A stretch of DNA of 47,440 nt, filler included, from Sphacelaria rigidula (Eukaryota): assembly GCA_964200075.2 (NCBI GenBank). It is 2 parts of 2 records of this genome, joined end to end, with 100 filler letters (N's around TTAATTAATTAA, not from the genome) between each part and the next. Parts side by side here need not be neighbours in the genome. Positions count along the whole stretch, not along the records: positions 23,782 to 47,440 come from CAXNAA020000252.1; 1 more part is not named here. One strand, given 5' to 3'. The notes under the pieces are model-generated. The model was not told the origin of the DNA. It did no database searches and saw only the letters and a program-made list of their open reading frames with translations. How positions within the stretch are numbered: position 1 is the stretch's first letter; each line of letters starts with the position of its first letter. Positions 37,137 through 47,440 of this stretch are shown piece by piece. A program made the position numbers and the translations under genes.

Positions 37137-38130
37137 CCCTCAGCGCGACGAAAACAGTTTTTTTTGCGCGTTGTGGATCGTGTAGTGTATGTTCCCCTGT
37201 TCGCGGTGGTGTCGACTGTTGTGCTGTGGTTCGGTATTTCCGCGCGAGTGTTAAATGGACTAATGTAAAAAATGAGGTACGTCTGTAAAACAATGCGATG
37301 GTCCCCGATGACTTTGTCCTCGGTTTTCCCGAACAGTTGTTTGAGGGTAGAGTGTGGAGCCCCAGACTCTGGGAACTCTAAAGACTGTGAGTGAGACGGA
37401 CTCGGGGTTTTGTGGGGCGTTCAGGATTCCGAGTTTTTCAGACGACAATACTCTTGCATCTGATGATGTCGAATGTTCATGGATCTGGGCCTGTTTGTAT
37501 CTGAACGACTGCGAGCAATTGGATTTCCGCGAATGTTGGTACTTTCTGGAGTTGAAGTCTTTCAAAGTCTGAGACTCGAATAACTTCCCCGATCCCGACT
37601 CATTCCAACTTCGACTTTCACGAGGATTCCGACGAATAGTTGGGCTCTACACTCCCTGTACTCTTGCAATCCGAGAGTCTGGAGTATATGCTGAGCACAT
37701 GTGCGTCGTAAATGCGTTGGCCTGCTTCGATGTGCCTCCCGCAAGTCACAAAAATCCATTACTTGATGATATGACTACTTGTTCTGTCGTTATTTCGTCG
37801 TCCCCCCATGAACAGAAGATGGGTTCGCGAATTTAAGTATCTTTTTCGATCCCAAACTACTTCGAATCCCCCACCGTAAAAAAACTCACCATTATTGGGG
37901 GTCGAGCGTTGAACAAGAATAAGCTTGTGATATCGTTGTGACGAAGGCTACGGATTTCGGCACACGCGTCGTTGATCCTTGCGTGAAAAACAAATGTCAC
38001 ATACTTGAGTACACCAGCCATTGTTCATATCTGAAGTTCATCGTCGCGGAAGTTTTTATACGTCGGACGAGCTCGAGTATGACTCGTGGCATTCGCACTA
38101 GTTGGGGCGCTCGTTGGCCGTAAAACCCAA

Positions 38131-38700
38131 GAGGGCGAGTACTCAAGTCATTGCTCGTTCTGGAAAAAAAATAGGAGGGCGAGTACTCAAGTCATTGCTC
38201 GTTCTGGAAAAGAAATAAGCGGGCGAGCACTCGAGTCATTGCTCCTCCTGGGAAAAGTAAGAGGGCGAGTACTCGAGTCATTACTCTTTCTGGAAAACAA
38301 AATAAGCGGGGGAGCACTCGAGTCATGACTCCTCCTGGAAAACAAAAGCGGGCGAGCACTCGAGTCATTGCTCCTCCTGGGAAAAGTAAGAGGGCGAGTA
38401 CTCGAGTCATTACTCTTCCCGGAAAAAAAATAAGCGGGGGAGCACTCGAGTCATGACTACTCCTGGAAAAAAAAAGCGGGCGAGCACTCGAGTCAGGACT
38501 CCTCCTGGAAAAAAATAAGCGGGGGAGCACTCGAGTCATGACTCCTCCTGGAAAAAAAAAGCGGGCGAGTACTCGAGTCATGACTCTTCCTGGGAAAAAA
38601 AGCGGGCGAGCACTCGAGTCATTGCTCCTCCTGAAAAAGAAAAAGAGGGCGAGTACTCAAGTCATTGCTCTTTCTGGAAAAAGAAATAAGCGGGCGAGCG
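38131..38700 (+). repeat. Homogeneous ~42-45-bp minisatellite (13 units plus a partial), consensus GGGCGAG(C/T)ACTCGAGTCAT(T/G)(G/A)CTCCTCCTGGAAAAAAAATAAGC
   Basis: Directly visible tandem array; units 3-5 and 6-8 form a ~129-bp higher-order repeat. Confidence 0.95.
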
Positions 38701-40536
38701 ATGGAGAAATCATTATTCTGTGTTCAAGTGTTCGAGGATGGAGCCGAGGCTCACCTCTACAGGGGCCGGCCTCAGGGGGTAGTAAATGCCCCAACGACAA
38801 GCCCTTCGGGGACCCTCTTTCGCCATACCCGTTTCAGACAGGTCGTCGTGAAGGGGCCTGAATAAGGGCGAAATTGGATCGTGGATGGAGGTAATGCTCG
38901 CGGCAATCAATTGACCTCCGGAGATTCTTGTTCAAAATATCACACCACGCGACGGATGAAGAGTGTCGCAAGTCATCAGGCGACGGTTTGTATCTACAGC
39001 TATGTACCATGTTCCAATAAAACACAACAAACATTTGCGCTCAACGAAAGTGCACCAACAAATCCCCGTACAATCACACACCGGATTTTACAATCCGAAG
39101 TGGATTCACGCCGGGGATCTTCGACGCATGCTGAAAATCTACACCACGCGGCTTCGTGGCATGGAACCGTAGCTTGCTGCGCGAGTACAGAACCACTGAC
39201 CCGACCGAATCCCCCAGTCTATCATACCGCAATGCACTGTTGCAAGCTGCTGCCTAGCTCCCTCCATATTACAGAAGATGTGCTTTACTACGGCAAAGAC
39301 GACATGGGGTTTTACAGATTCCCCTGATTGATTGGTTGATTGTCGCGCTGAAGCTGACCCTCTCAGTACCAACCACGACGGCTTCATGTTGTTTGTTGGG
39401 GTTTCATGACCCAGGCCACTTGCTTTTCGGTTCTGTCGCTCATACTGAACAATAGCGGTTGGGACATGGTGGTCTGTACTCGGTGAAGGGGACCCTAGAG
39501 GTGTTGCTGATGGACTGCTGTTGGGAGTAGGTATGCGAAACTGTGAGTGAACGCGCGATGATTTTGAAAATTGGAGTATGATGTGTCTTCATCCTTCCAG
39601 AGCATGACACTGTCTGTAGAACTCTGCCCCTCGAAATCCCAGCGCAGCATAAAGTGGTCACTGGGATTCTGATTTCTGGGATTTGAGCCCCGGGAATTTG
39701 GCCAGATCCCAGGCCAAAAACAAATCATATCCCAGTGCATAACAGTCGGCCTTAGTCCCGAAAAAACTGTTCTGAAATGTTCCGTCCACAAGAACTCACG
39801 GAGAAAAAAAACGTAGGGGAGGAAACATGGCGTCTTCGCACATACGTCCTGTACATCGTGTCAAAATTTCAAAGTAAACGACTAAAAATTGAGCAGCGCA
39901 ACCGCGCTTTTCTGTTGAGAACCGGTTGACCTGCTTTTAGAGCCAACAACCTCAGCCGGAACTTTGACGTTCTCGATAAGAATTCGTCACTCACTGCTCA
40001 TCGGTTCGCACACTTCTACCAGACGCCTTGGCGCGCTGGAGGCCTCGTCTACGTGCCATCCCAGATACTGCGCGCCTACAGTACGACATGCATTGTTGTA
40101 CAATCACAACATGTGCAGCACCACCACTTCGCGGTCGCGGCACAACCGACTGTAAACGAAGAATCGGTTTCAGCCATTTTTTGCCCTACTTCCGCCGCGC
40201 ATGTCACCCTCAACTCTCTATACTTCGCAGCTGAATACAGTTTGGTATTTCGTTTGATGGGAACTTGTCGGATGGCAGTGCTACGTGGAAAGATGCGCGC
40301 TGATTTGCAGATCACCACGGTGTGTCATAGTAGACATAACTCGCGATATATCGTCAGTTAGCCCGGGCTGAAGGAAAGTCCGTTTCTTCGGCGGCCCATC
40401 CTGTATCAACACCATTGCATGTTCCCCGACAAACCCCCCCAAGCGTGGAACGTTGTAAAATACGGCTGATTGTACCTCTCTTGCCATCGGTTCGAACATG
40501 GGCGGGCCGGCCCACCGGTATACTATCATGCTTTAG

Positions 40537-40739
40537 GTGTGTCTGCCGCACACGACAATTGCTGATGACGGGCGCTCGGTCGATCAGACGGCCGCAAGAT
40601 CTCTTGCTTGGTCCACAGCATCATTTGAAGTCGCTTCCCATCGTTGTTTTGACAGCACACCTGTTACGTTGGTCTCTGATCTCTTTTCACAGGCTTATTC
40701 GCCAATTTTGTACCGTCTACGTAGCAGGATACTGGGCAG
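40537..40739 (+). CDS. Putative exon of plus-strand IQ-motif gene 2 (acceptor at 40537 or 40693)
   Basis: Open frame ending AYSPILYRLRSRILG-R; donor ggcag|gtagtt, phase 2, matches the next exon. Confidence 0.45.
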
Positions 40740-41074
40740 GTAGTTAACTGATGAAAAGGCATGACTAAAAGGTGCAAGCATTTGTAGCATCTATGTCCAC
40801 TAAGGATAGAATGACCAACGCTCTCGCCACGGGATTTTAACTTTGCCACCACCTCGCAGGCTTTTCCCAGCGGACCCCACGAAACTCGAAGGCGCAGACG
40901 CACAATAGGCTACACTGAATTCGGAAATGGCGTTGTGCGACGGCAGGAAATTCGGCTTTCCACTCATAACATAATCCGTGTAAACAATTTGATGGTGTAA
41001 ATTTCTAACCGGTGGGTGCTTCCTCTTCTGTAGCTAGCTTCTGATTTCTCCCATCTTGATTGTGATATTGATAG

Positions 41075-41247
41075 GCTCCAGCTGCCGGCGAGTCTCCGTG
41101 CAATCGACAGCATCTCCTCTAATTATCATGAGGCAGCAAAGGAAGCGGGTATGCGGGTTTATGGACATGCCGGGGGACTGACGGTGAAGGAGCGATATTT
41201 ACTCGCGGAAAAACGAGAGATGTACCTCAGAAAAAAAAGGGAAGAAG
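41075..41247 (+). CDS. Putative exon of IQ-motif gene 2 (LQLPASLRAIDS...KREMYLRKKREE)
   Basis: gatag| acceptor, gaag|gtgagg donor; phase 2-1, open frame. Confidence 0.6.
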
Positions 41248-41634
41248 GTGAGGTGAGAGAGTGAACATTTACCCTCGGACCGTGAAGCACTTTTTGTTGT
41301 GGGCTTCCAGAAGCATCTGCGTAGAAAAATCAAGCCAAAAAGCACTACATCATCCCACATAAACTCGACTAGTGCTACGTGTCTACCCCTGCCGCCAAAT
41401 GGCTAAACTACTGCAGTAAGAGCGTCATATCCCAGAGATGTGCAGACGAACCAGCAGTACTGACGATGCACCACACATCAGCTTCAGGAAGAAATATCTG
41501 GTGTCACTTTGTACACCGTACACCCACGTTCATTCGTGACAAGCATATTACACGCAGACCCTGACACGCCAACGACATATCAACTCTACCCTAGCATTGG
41601 TCAAGCGGACGACTTGTTGTATACACTTCTCCAG

Positions 41635-41724
41635 CCATTGAACAGAAAGAACGGCAGCGGAAACTACGAGCAGCACTTATTGCTGCGAAGAAAAATGCTA
41701 GAAGTTCGCGGCTACGTGCAGATG
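41635..41724 (+). CDS. Putative exon of IQ-motif gene 2 (IEQKERQRKLRAALIAAKKNARSSRLRAD)
   Basis: cttctccag| acceptor, gatg|gtgaga donor; phase 1-1; continues the charged helix of the previous exon. Confidence 0.6.
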
Positions 41725-43176
41725 GTGAGAGTGGTAGGGCAGGCAAGCCACACGGAATACACAGCGTCGTGGCCAGCATCAGAGCCGAGGGTACCCTGCG
41801 AAGCGTTGGCAATGGGACTAGCGGGTGAGATGTGGCATGACAACGTGACTGTTTGAAGTAGGAAAATGACAGCGTCATCAGACGCTGACTGGGCGACGCG
41901 ATGTGCTCTGTATTTTGTCACTGATATCACTGCCCAGTAGATCCCCGGCACGAGTCGATACTTCGCGTGATTTCCAAGCATTTTTTTGTTCACTACGGTG
42001 GTACACAGTATGTAAAATGACCGAGTAATGATATACGGCCCAACTCTGAAGCAAATTCGACGACCTGCAGAGTAGCGAAAAATGATCAATATTGTTAGTG
42101 GAATAGAGCCGACTTCGTTTCTAAAAGCTCGAGCTATCCATGAAGTAGTAGCACTCTTCAGCGGCTAAAGTCCACGGGCTGTCTGTTTCCTCCTCATATA
42201 AGGAGATCCATGCGACGAATGGGTGCGAGAAGGAATCGCATGGGGATGCATGAAAGATATACCGAGGGATATCGAGTCCTTTAGGAAGAGTCGGGTTCTC
42301 GCCGAGAATGAACCAATCTCCCGTGATTTTCCCTGAGTGGCCGATGGTCGATAGTACACCGGAGAAATACAGCGGGGGTGAGCCAGACGCCTCAAAATAA
42401 CCCACGACGGTAAATATTGCGCGACCGTCGAGTAACGTTGATTATTCTCTGGGTGTTGGTGTTAGATATTTCAGTACAGTCACTACGAAGTCTGTATCAT
42501 CGTGATCAGAGAGATGCTGTAGTTTCGATAGTTGACGATTTATCAGCGAGCAATGGCGCCTACCAACCGCGTGGACAAGCAGCGTTCAACTGCGATATCG
42601 AACATTATATCACGTGTTGCATCAGCTGACACTCCCTCGTTTCAGCTGTCGATATCTTGCGACTGGTACAAAATAATGAGAACGGAGCAGCGATTCATCG
42701 AGTTCCATGCTTGAACGAAATTGATCCTGCGTGCTGGTTCTCACCGCTAGGTTCTAAATTGACTTACTAGTGCGGATGACTTTTGTTGGGGCTAGGCACA
42801 CATGTATCGGTTGAACGCAACACATGCCATTGGATAACCGCAGTTCTCAGTCTTTGAACGATATCATCAATACCTTCATTGACATCGTACGCATCTCACC
42901 GCACACCTCCGAAGACGTCGTTACTTTTACAAACCGCGGCGCAGCGACGGAAGAACACACAGTACAGTAGTAGATTCTTTTCCGTATGAATTTGTTCCTT
43001 CCTACAATAACCATCTCAGTTTGTTCCCCCCATCGCTTCACCCGGGTTTGCAACTTTCGTCATTTTTTTCGGGGTTTCTCCTACCCATGAGTGTAGTAAA
43101 TGTGTGCTATCCTGATCGACCGACGTACATTCGCTCGCCTCTTCTTCACACGATCGCGCGCCTCCCTTCCCTCCAG

Positions 43177-43560
43177 AACGTTGCAGATGCGGCAAGAACT
43201 CCACAGACAATGTCGATCGGTGCGATCTATCCTTTGCCGAATAGATCACACATTCTCCATGGCACGCGAACGGAGCAATCTCCGCAAGATTATTAAAGAC
43301 CTCGACACCGAGTTCCAAACACAAGAGACAACTGAGAACAATACAGAAACTCAAGATTCTGGACATTGCGTGGGTCCAAGACAAAAGATACTCAGGCATA
43401 CTCTGAATGATATCGTTGGGACGTCACCTAGAGCAGGATATATTCGAAGGCGAGCTGCGGTTTGCCTGCAACGGCATGTGAGAGGGCGAGCTGTGAGGAT
43501 GCTGTTCCGTGACAGGATGTGGGCCGTTATGCACCTGCGCGGGGCGGGCGAACCTCTCAG
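43177..43560 (+). CDS. Exon of IQ-motif gene 2 containing AAVCLQRHVRGRAVR
   Basis: cccttccctccag| acceptor, ctcag|gttagt donor in phase 2; canonical IQ motif. Confidence 0.72.
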
Positions 43561-43653
43561 GTTAGTTGCGTACTACGGCTAAAGTGCGAAGTGACGGCGA
43601 AAGCAAAGACGACTTTGGTAAGATTGCGCGGGTCGGACAAATTAATGATTCGT

Positions 43654-43883
43654 TTGAAAATTACTTGGTTTTAGTGTGATTGATGCATACCGTACAAATC
43701 AATTCTTACGCTTTGTTTTCAGCTTTGCAACCCAGGTACGCGCAGCCCAGGCACGTGGAATGGCGCAAAAATTGCGTGGAGACCCATTTTGACCATTAGT
43801 AAACTTTTTCCTCCTTGTCAAGCAATCAGGCCTGAAAAATCGTGGATTTGGTGATTCGAACCGGGGATGATTCGTCCGAACCT
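43654..43883 (+). repeat. Family C repeat with one upstream 30-bp minisatellite unit
   Basis: ttgaaaattacttggttttagtgtgattga then accgtacaaatcaa...tgattcgtccgaacc. Confidence 0.75.
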
Positions 43884-44537
43884 TGTAAGATTGATTAATT
43901 TGATTGATTGACTGATGGTCGCACTTTAACTGACCCCCCAGAGATCCAGCCGTGGTTACATGATAGATCCAGCCGTGGTCACAAAGCGAAAGTGAAACAC
44001 CGGTGCACAGGAGATAGAGGTTGTGCTAGTGTATCCTGTGATGGCGCTGAGTGAGCGCTATGAGTAGGCGCTCGGCAGTTATCAGATGATTCTGAAATTG
44101 GGTTTCGAACGCGTCACAGGTAACAAGGAGCACCGATCTTGACACAAGGCCCAAGGTAGAAACATTGAAACTCCGCCGAGTCAAAACCCTACGTTGTGTA
44201 CATATCGCTGTTTATCTTGGCGAAATGTACCCGTTTTCGGTCTTGTGAACACAGTACCACGCACCAACAGACTTTGAAATGATGGTGATGAGAATGCCAA
44301 CCAGTTCAACACTCCTGCCGGCTCTTTGCGCTCGCACTATCCACGTAGACAAAGGTTTTGTTTCAATATCAATGTTCATATTTCGAAGCGATAACGAACC
44401 TGCGTCATGACAAAAATCACAGCAACACCGCAGCCACCCACGTCAATACATGGACAACCCGGCAATACATGCTGATAGTCATGCGCTTGTTTCACAGGAA
44501 GGGCAATTAATTCACTTGGTTTATGTTTTTCCGACAG

Positions 44538-45689
44538 GTATCCCTCAGGTCACATCGGCCGTCGGGCGATGCGTTTGGCGCGTTTTCGAGTGGCTCTAGC
44601 GGCGTACACACGAATCCAGCGGCTCATGGTTGGCTTCGCTGGGAATCGGGATGGCGATGAACATAGACCAGCGTCTCAGGAAGTGATCGATATCGCTAAT
44701 TCTGCTGGTGCTGCTGCGGCACAACGAGAGGCTCAACTAGTACGATGGTCTCTGCATGACGTGGCAGCTAGGGTTGTGCAAAAGGAAATACGCAACTACG
44801 CACGTTTTCGAATGGCGCTGAACCGCTACCAACAACCGCGCCGACAATACAACGACACCCATCTCACACTTGGGTACTCTATTCCAGCAAGTGAAGACAG
44901 GATAACCAGCGGCGGCAACGGTATGGATACTAGGGGTCTCGTATCTATGCCCAGCAGGAGCGGTGACTTCTGTGCCAAGGTCAATAGCATTGGTTCGCCC
45001 GGTGATTCTGTTGGTACAAATGCTTTTGCCTGGAAGGGCGACAGCCGCAGTCACACGTCCGACAGCTTCTTGCTTCCCAGAACATCATCAGGATCCGGAC
45101 GCCGTAGATCGGGATCCGCCGTTATGGAGCCGCAATCATCGCAGCTGTATGATGCTGCTGAGGACCCATTCCGGGCGGCAGCGCTGGAGACACGGTTGAA
45201 CACGGCTTCATCCAAATCGAGCGCTACTCGCAACACGACATCGAATAAGGCGGGAAGGGCTGCCACGAATTCGTCTAGATCAGAGACACGGGCATCATCG
45301 CAGTCGTTGCGCTCACGACCTGCGCTTGTAGCTCCGCGACGCGTGCCATCATCACCCGCTGCTGCGAACTTTTCATGCGGCAGCGAGGCTGTTGCTCAAG
45401 AGGTTGTAGCCTTTGATGATCTTGAGAATGGCCGCACTACCATGAGGAGTAGCCCCGAAGACCCTGAACGTCATAGTTCATATTCTGAATCCATACCACA
45501 CAACGACTCGAGCGGTGACGGGGCGACAAAGCTAATGGCATCAAATGCGAATCATGGGTTGATTACGGCTGGTGTTATTTGTGCGGGAGGACTCGGGTAT
45601 GTGCTACTACCATCCGAGGAAAAGAAAAAAAGGCAAGTGGACGTCTCAGCACGAGCACGGTGGGTAAATAGGGAAAGTGGAAGAAGAGG
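44538..45689 (+). CDS. Large exon of IQ-motif gene 2 (IQ-like AYTRIQRLMVG and AARVVQKEIRNYARFR; Ser/Arg-rich); 3' end at about 45659-45693
   Basis: ttccgacag| acceptor in phase 2 matches the upstream donor; 374-aa ORF 44569..45693 is in frame. Confidence 0.72.
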
Positions 45690-46610
45690 GTAAAGCGTGA
45701 GGTGAAAACACTGCAGCAACGGATACCAGACTTGGTGAGGTCGCGACTCACACAAGAGGTACCGTACTTCAAGACCACTCCGTGCAACGGGGATCATCTC
45801 GGTGTTGTATCTGGCACGTTCCGGACGGATATCTTGACGGCATGCGACAGCGTACTTTGTGAAACGCAGGGTATTGCTTCGAATCATACTATGCAGATAT
45901 TCAGAGCATACACGCCGAAAGCGATTGCCACGGGGAAATCTTCACTGTACATGAACCGAAGCTGTGTGGGTACAAACAATCCGTTATCGCTATGCCTGCT
46001 GTTGCCGACATGCCGTGCTGCACTGTACTGTGCGTTCGTGTTCCGAAAGCTGATATCCGAATCACTTCCTTTGGTGTGGTGCTTTGATGTCACAAATCAC
46101 GGAAAACATGTTTCGTCAGCGGTACAGCTGCGCTTTAACCTTCTCGCATTTGTGTACTTTGCTATACCAAGTTTCTTAGGTTCTCGTTCACTGTTCTGCG
46201 AACTGATTCATATTTTCAGCGTTCAAGTAGCTTCACGCGAGGCCCCTGTACCCCTGAAATGCATTCTGAAGACACGATATGACATGGAGCACTCAATGTA
46301 CGGGCGACTAGTAACACATGCAAGGAGCGCTAAGATGATTAGTAAAATCAACTGCACAGTAGCTTCATACTGTAACCGAATGCCATTCGCTTTTGTTCCT
46401 CGAAGCATACAGTACACACACTGAATCCCCCGATTTTTGCTGAAACCTTAGCAAAAACAGAAAAAAAAGCAGTTGTTGTGCGCACGACACATATGCGCCC
46501 TGAATGAGGCAGTCTACGCTGCAGTGTATACTGTAGTACTATTCTCAATCGCCTCTTTAAGCCCGGACATACGAGTACAATGAGACGCCTATGCACTGCA
46601 ACACATGCAG

Positions 46611-46725
46611 GCTGAACGAAAGGCATTTGCGGAGAAACAAGTCTAGATCGCTCTACATTAAACGAAGCGTGGCTGCACTGGAGTACCGCGGCGTGGGCAT
46701 CCTACCCGAAATAATCAGCCTGCAG
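46611..46725 (+). CDS. Putative further exon of IQ-motif gene 2 (LNERHLRRNK...PEIISLQ)
   Basis: acatgcag| acceptor in phase 2, donor ctgcag|gtgacg (alternative at 46764). Confidence 0.45.
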
Positions 46726-47365
46726 GTGACGGTTCATCGCGCGTTATTGTCTAGCCGTTGGCAGGTTGGGTTGATGATGCCGTGTATCGACTCCTTCCAC
46801 CGTCACATGTGGGGAGGTGCGATGTGGCTCACGGGGCTGAGATCGAAGGTAATTTCACTGGTTACAACAAACGTGAAAGAAAATTCGAGCCTATAACCGC
46901 GATTGCATTAACTCAGTGTCGCGAACGCCTCGTAAGTTCTGCTGCAAACATGCTCATTTTTCAGGATTGCCCGAGAGCGCATGAGTGCGGAACATTTCGC
47001 CAACTATGTAGAAATGCCATGCTCTCAATGATTGATTGATTGATTCGATGATTGATTATCTCACATTAGCTGATTGCAACAATCCAGCCCTTGGTCGGGA
47101 GCAGCAAAAATATAACAGAATTATATAAAATAAAACAAATAAAGAAAGGAACAGAAAACGACAGAAGCAACGGCCTCAAAAAGAAAAGAAAGGGGGCAGC
47201 AATAACAACAAAATGATAAGCACTGCCATAGCGAATTTGATCGTGCAGTGCCGACAGCGGAATCCTCAGAACGCTCGTCGATTTGGCGGACGTTTGATGA
47301 AGAGAAATCTCAGCTGCCTGCGCGATGGCTTGATGCACGTGCAGTCAAGTATCACTGCAACACTC

Positions 47366-47440
47366 GCCGCCGCGCCCCGGTGGTGTAATGGTCCAACTGT
47401 CGCCATCAGGGTGGAGAGAACGGGGGTTCGATTCCCGATG
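47366..47440 (+). mobile_element. SINE family B head, truncated by window end
   Basis: Nearly identical to 12206-12280; A box tggtgtaatgg, B box gggttcgattccc. Confidence 0.8.

Larger units (their letters stand above)
32201..39751 (+). mobile_element. Full-length PIF/Harbinger-superfamily DNA transposon (7551 bp)
   Basis: TTA TSD at 32198-32200 and 39752-39754; ~57-bp imperfect TIRs G(A/G)CCGACT(T/G)TTATGC(G/A)CTGGGATATG...TTTTTGGCCTGGGATCTGGCCAAAT; subterminal CTGGGAT motifs; internal transposase gene. Confidence 0.93.
32038..40403. mobile_element. Non-autonomous Tc1/mariner-type element (about 812 bp of its own sequence) interrupted by a Harbinger transposon
   Basis: TA|CAGGCTGGGCCGCCGAAGA ... 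TCTTCGGCGGCCCATCCTG|TA; segments 32038-32200 and 39755-40403 match 12621-13756 in inverted orientation. Confidence 0.88.

Noticed and set aside
37330..37685. Possible MITE inside the Harbinger 3' region (ccagactct inverted ends)
   Set aside because: Only about 12-17 bp of imperfect inverted match, no TSD and no second copy in the window.
35485..38700. CRISPR-like array (palindromic repeat with apparently variable spacers)
   Set aside because: The inter-core sequences are homologous to each other, so these are tandem minisatellite units rather than unique spacers. No cas genes, and the context is eukaryotic.
38086..38861. Repetitive ORFs (MTRVLARFFFPGG..., SGRALESLLLL...)
   Set aside because: Translations of the minisatellite; variable A-tract lengths shift frames between units.
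45702..46424. 240-aa plus-strand ORF as a separate gene
   Set aside because: GTG start, no recognisable motif, intron-like composition, and it lies between phase-compatible exons of IQ gene 2.
47366..47440. Functional tRNA genes here and at 5399, 10148, 12206, 19276 and 27895
   Set aside because: A/B boxes are present but the cloverleaves are non-canonical, and each head belongs to a multi-copy repeat with a shared non-tRNA body, so they are SINE heads.

Overview
Eukaryotic nuclear DNA with GT-AG introns, about 50% GC and many transposons. The gene style (long TE-filled introns, a bipartite plastid-targeting presequence) suggests a photosynthetic stramenopile such as a brown alga; this is an inference. 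Four spliced host genes can be partly rebuilt. (1) A minus-strand gene for a large, acidic, low-complexity IQ-motif protein (ATG 3411). (2) Head-to-head with it, a plus-strand ubiquitin-specific protease (USP/C19) with 7 phase-consistent exons at 4142-23526, an N-terminal MGxxxS motif and a 9-kb first intron; its C-terminal His-box exons are lost at an artificial 100-bp scaffold gap containing a TTAATTAATTAA spacer. (3) A minus-strand DUF2358/SnoaL-like gene, probably plastid-targeted (about 26800-31280). (4) A second, plus-strand IQ-motif gene (about 40540-46760). The most notable structure is a nested insertion: a complete 7.55-kb PIF/Harbinger-type transposon (TTA TSD, about 57-bp TIRs, an open 478-aa transposase split by two >1.3-kb introns, palindromic 42-bp minisatellite arrays) lies inside a TA-flanked Tc1/mariner-type non-autonomous element, whose uninterrupted relative is also in the window. 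Also present: a 1.94-kb TIR element with a 5-bp TSD that splits a tRNA-derived SINE, two hAT elements with 8-bp TSDs, a probable mini-Helitron, a piggyBac-like MITE, two or three tRNA-derived SINE families and several hairpin MITEs. No CRISPR, rRNA or bona fide tRNA gene was found.
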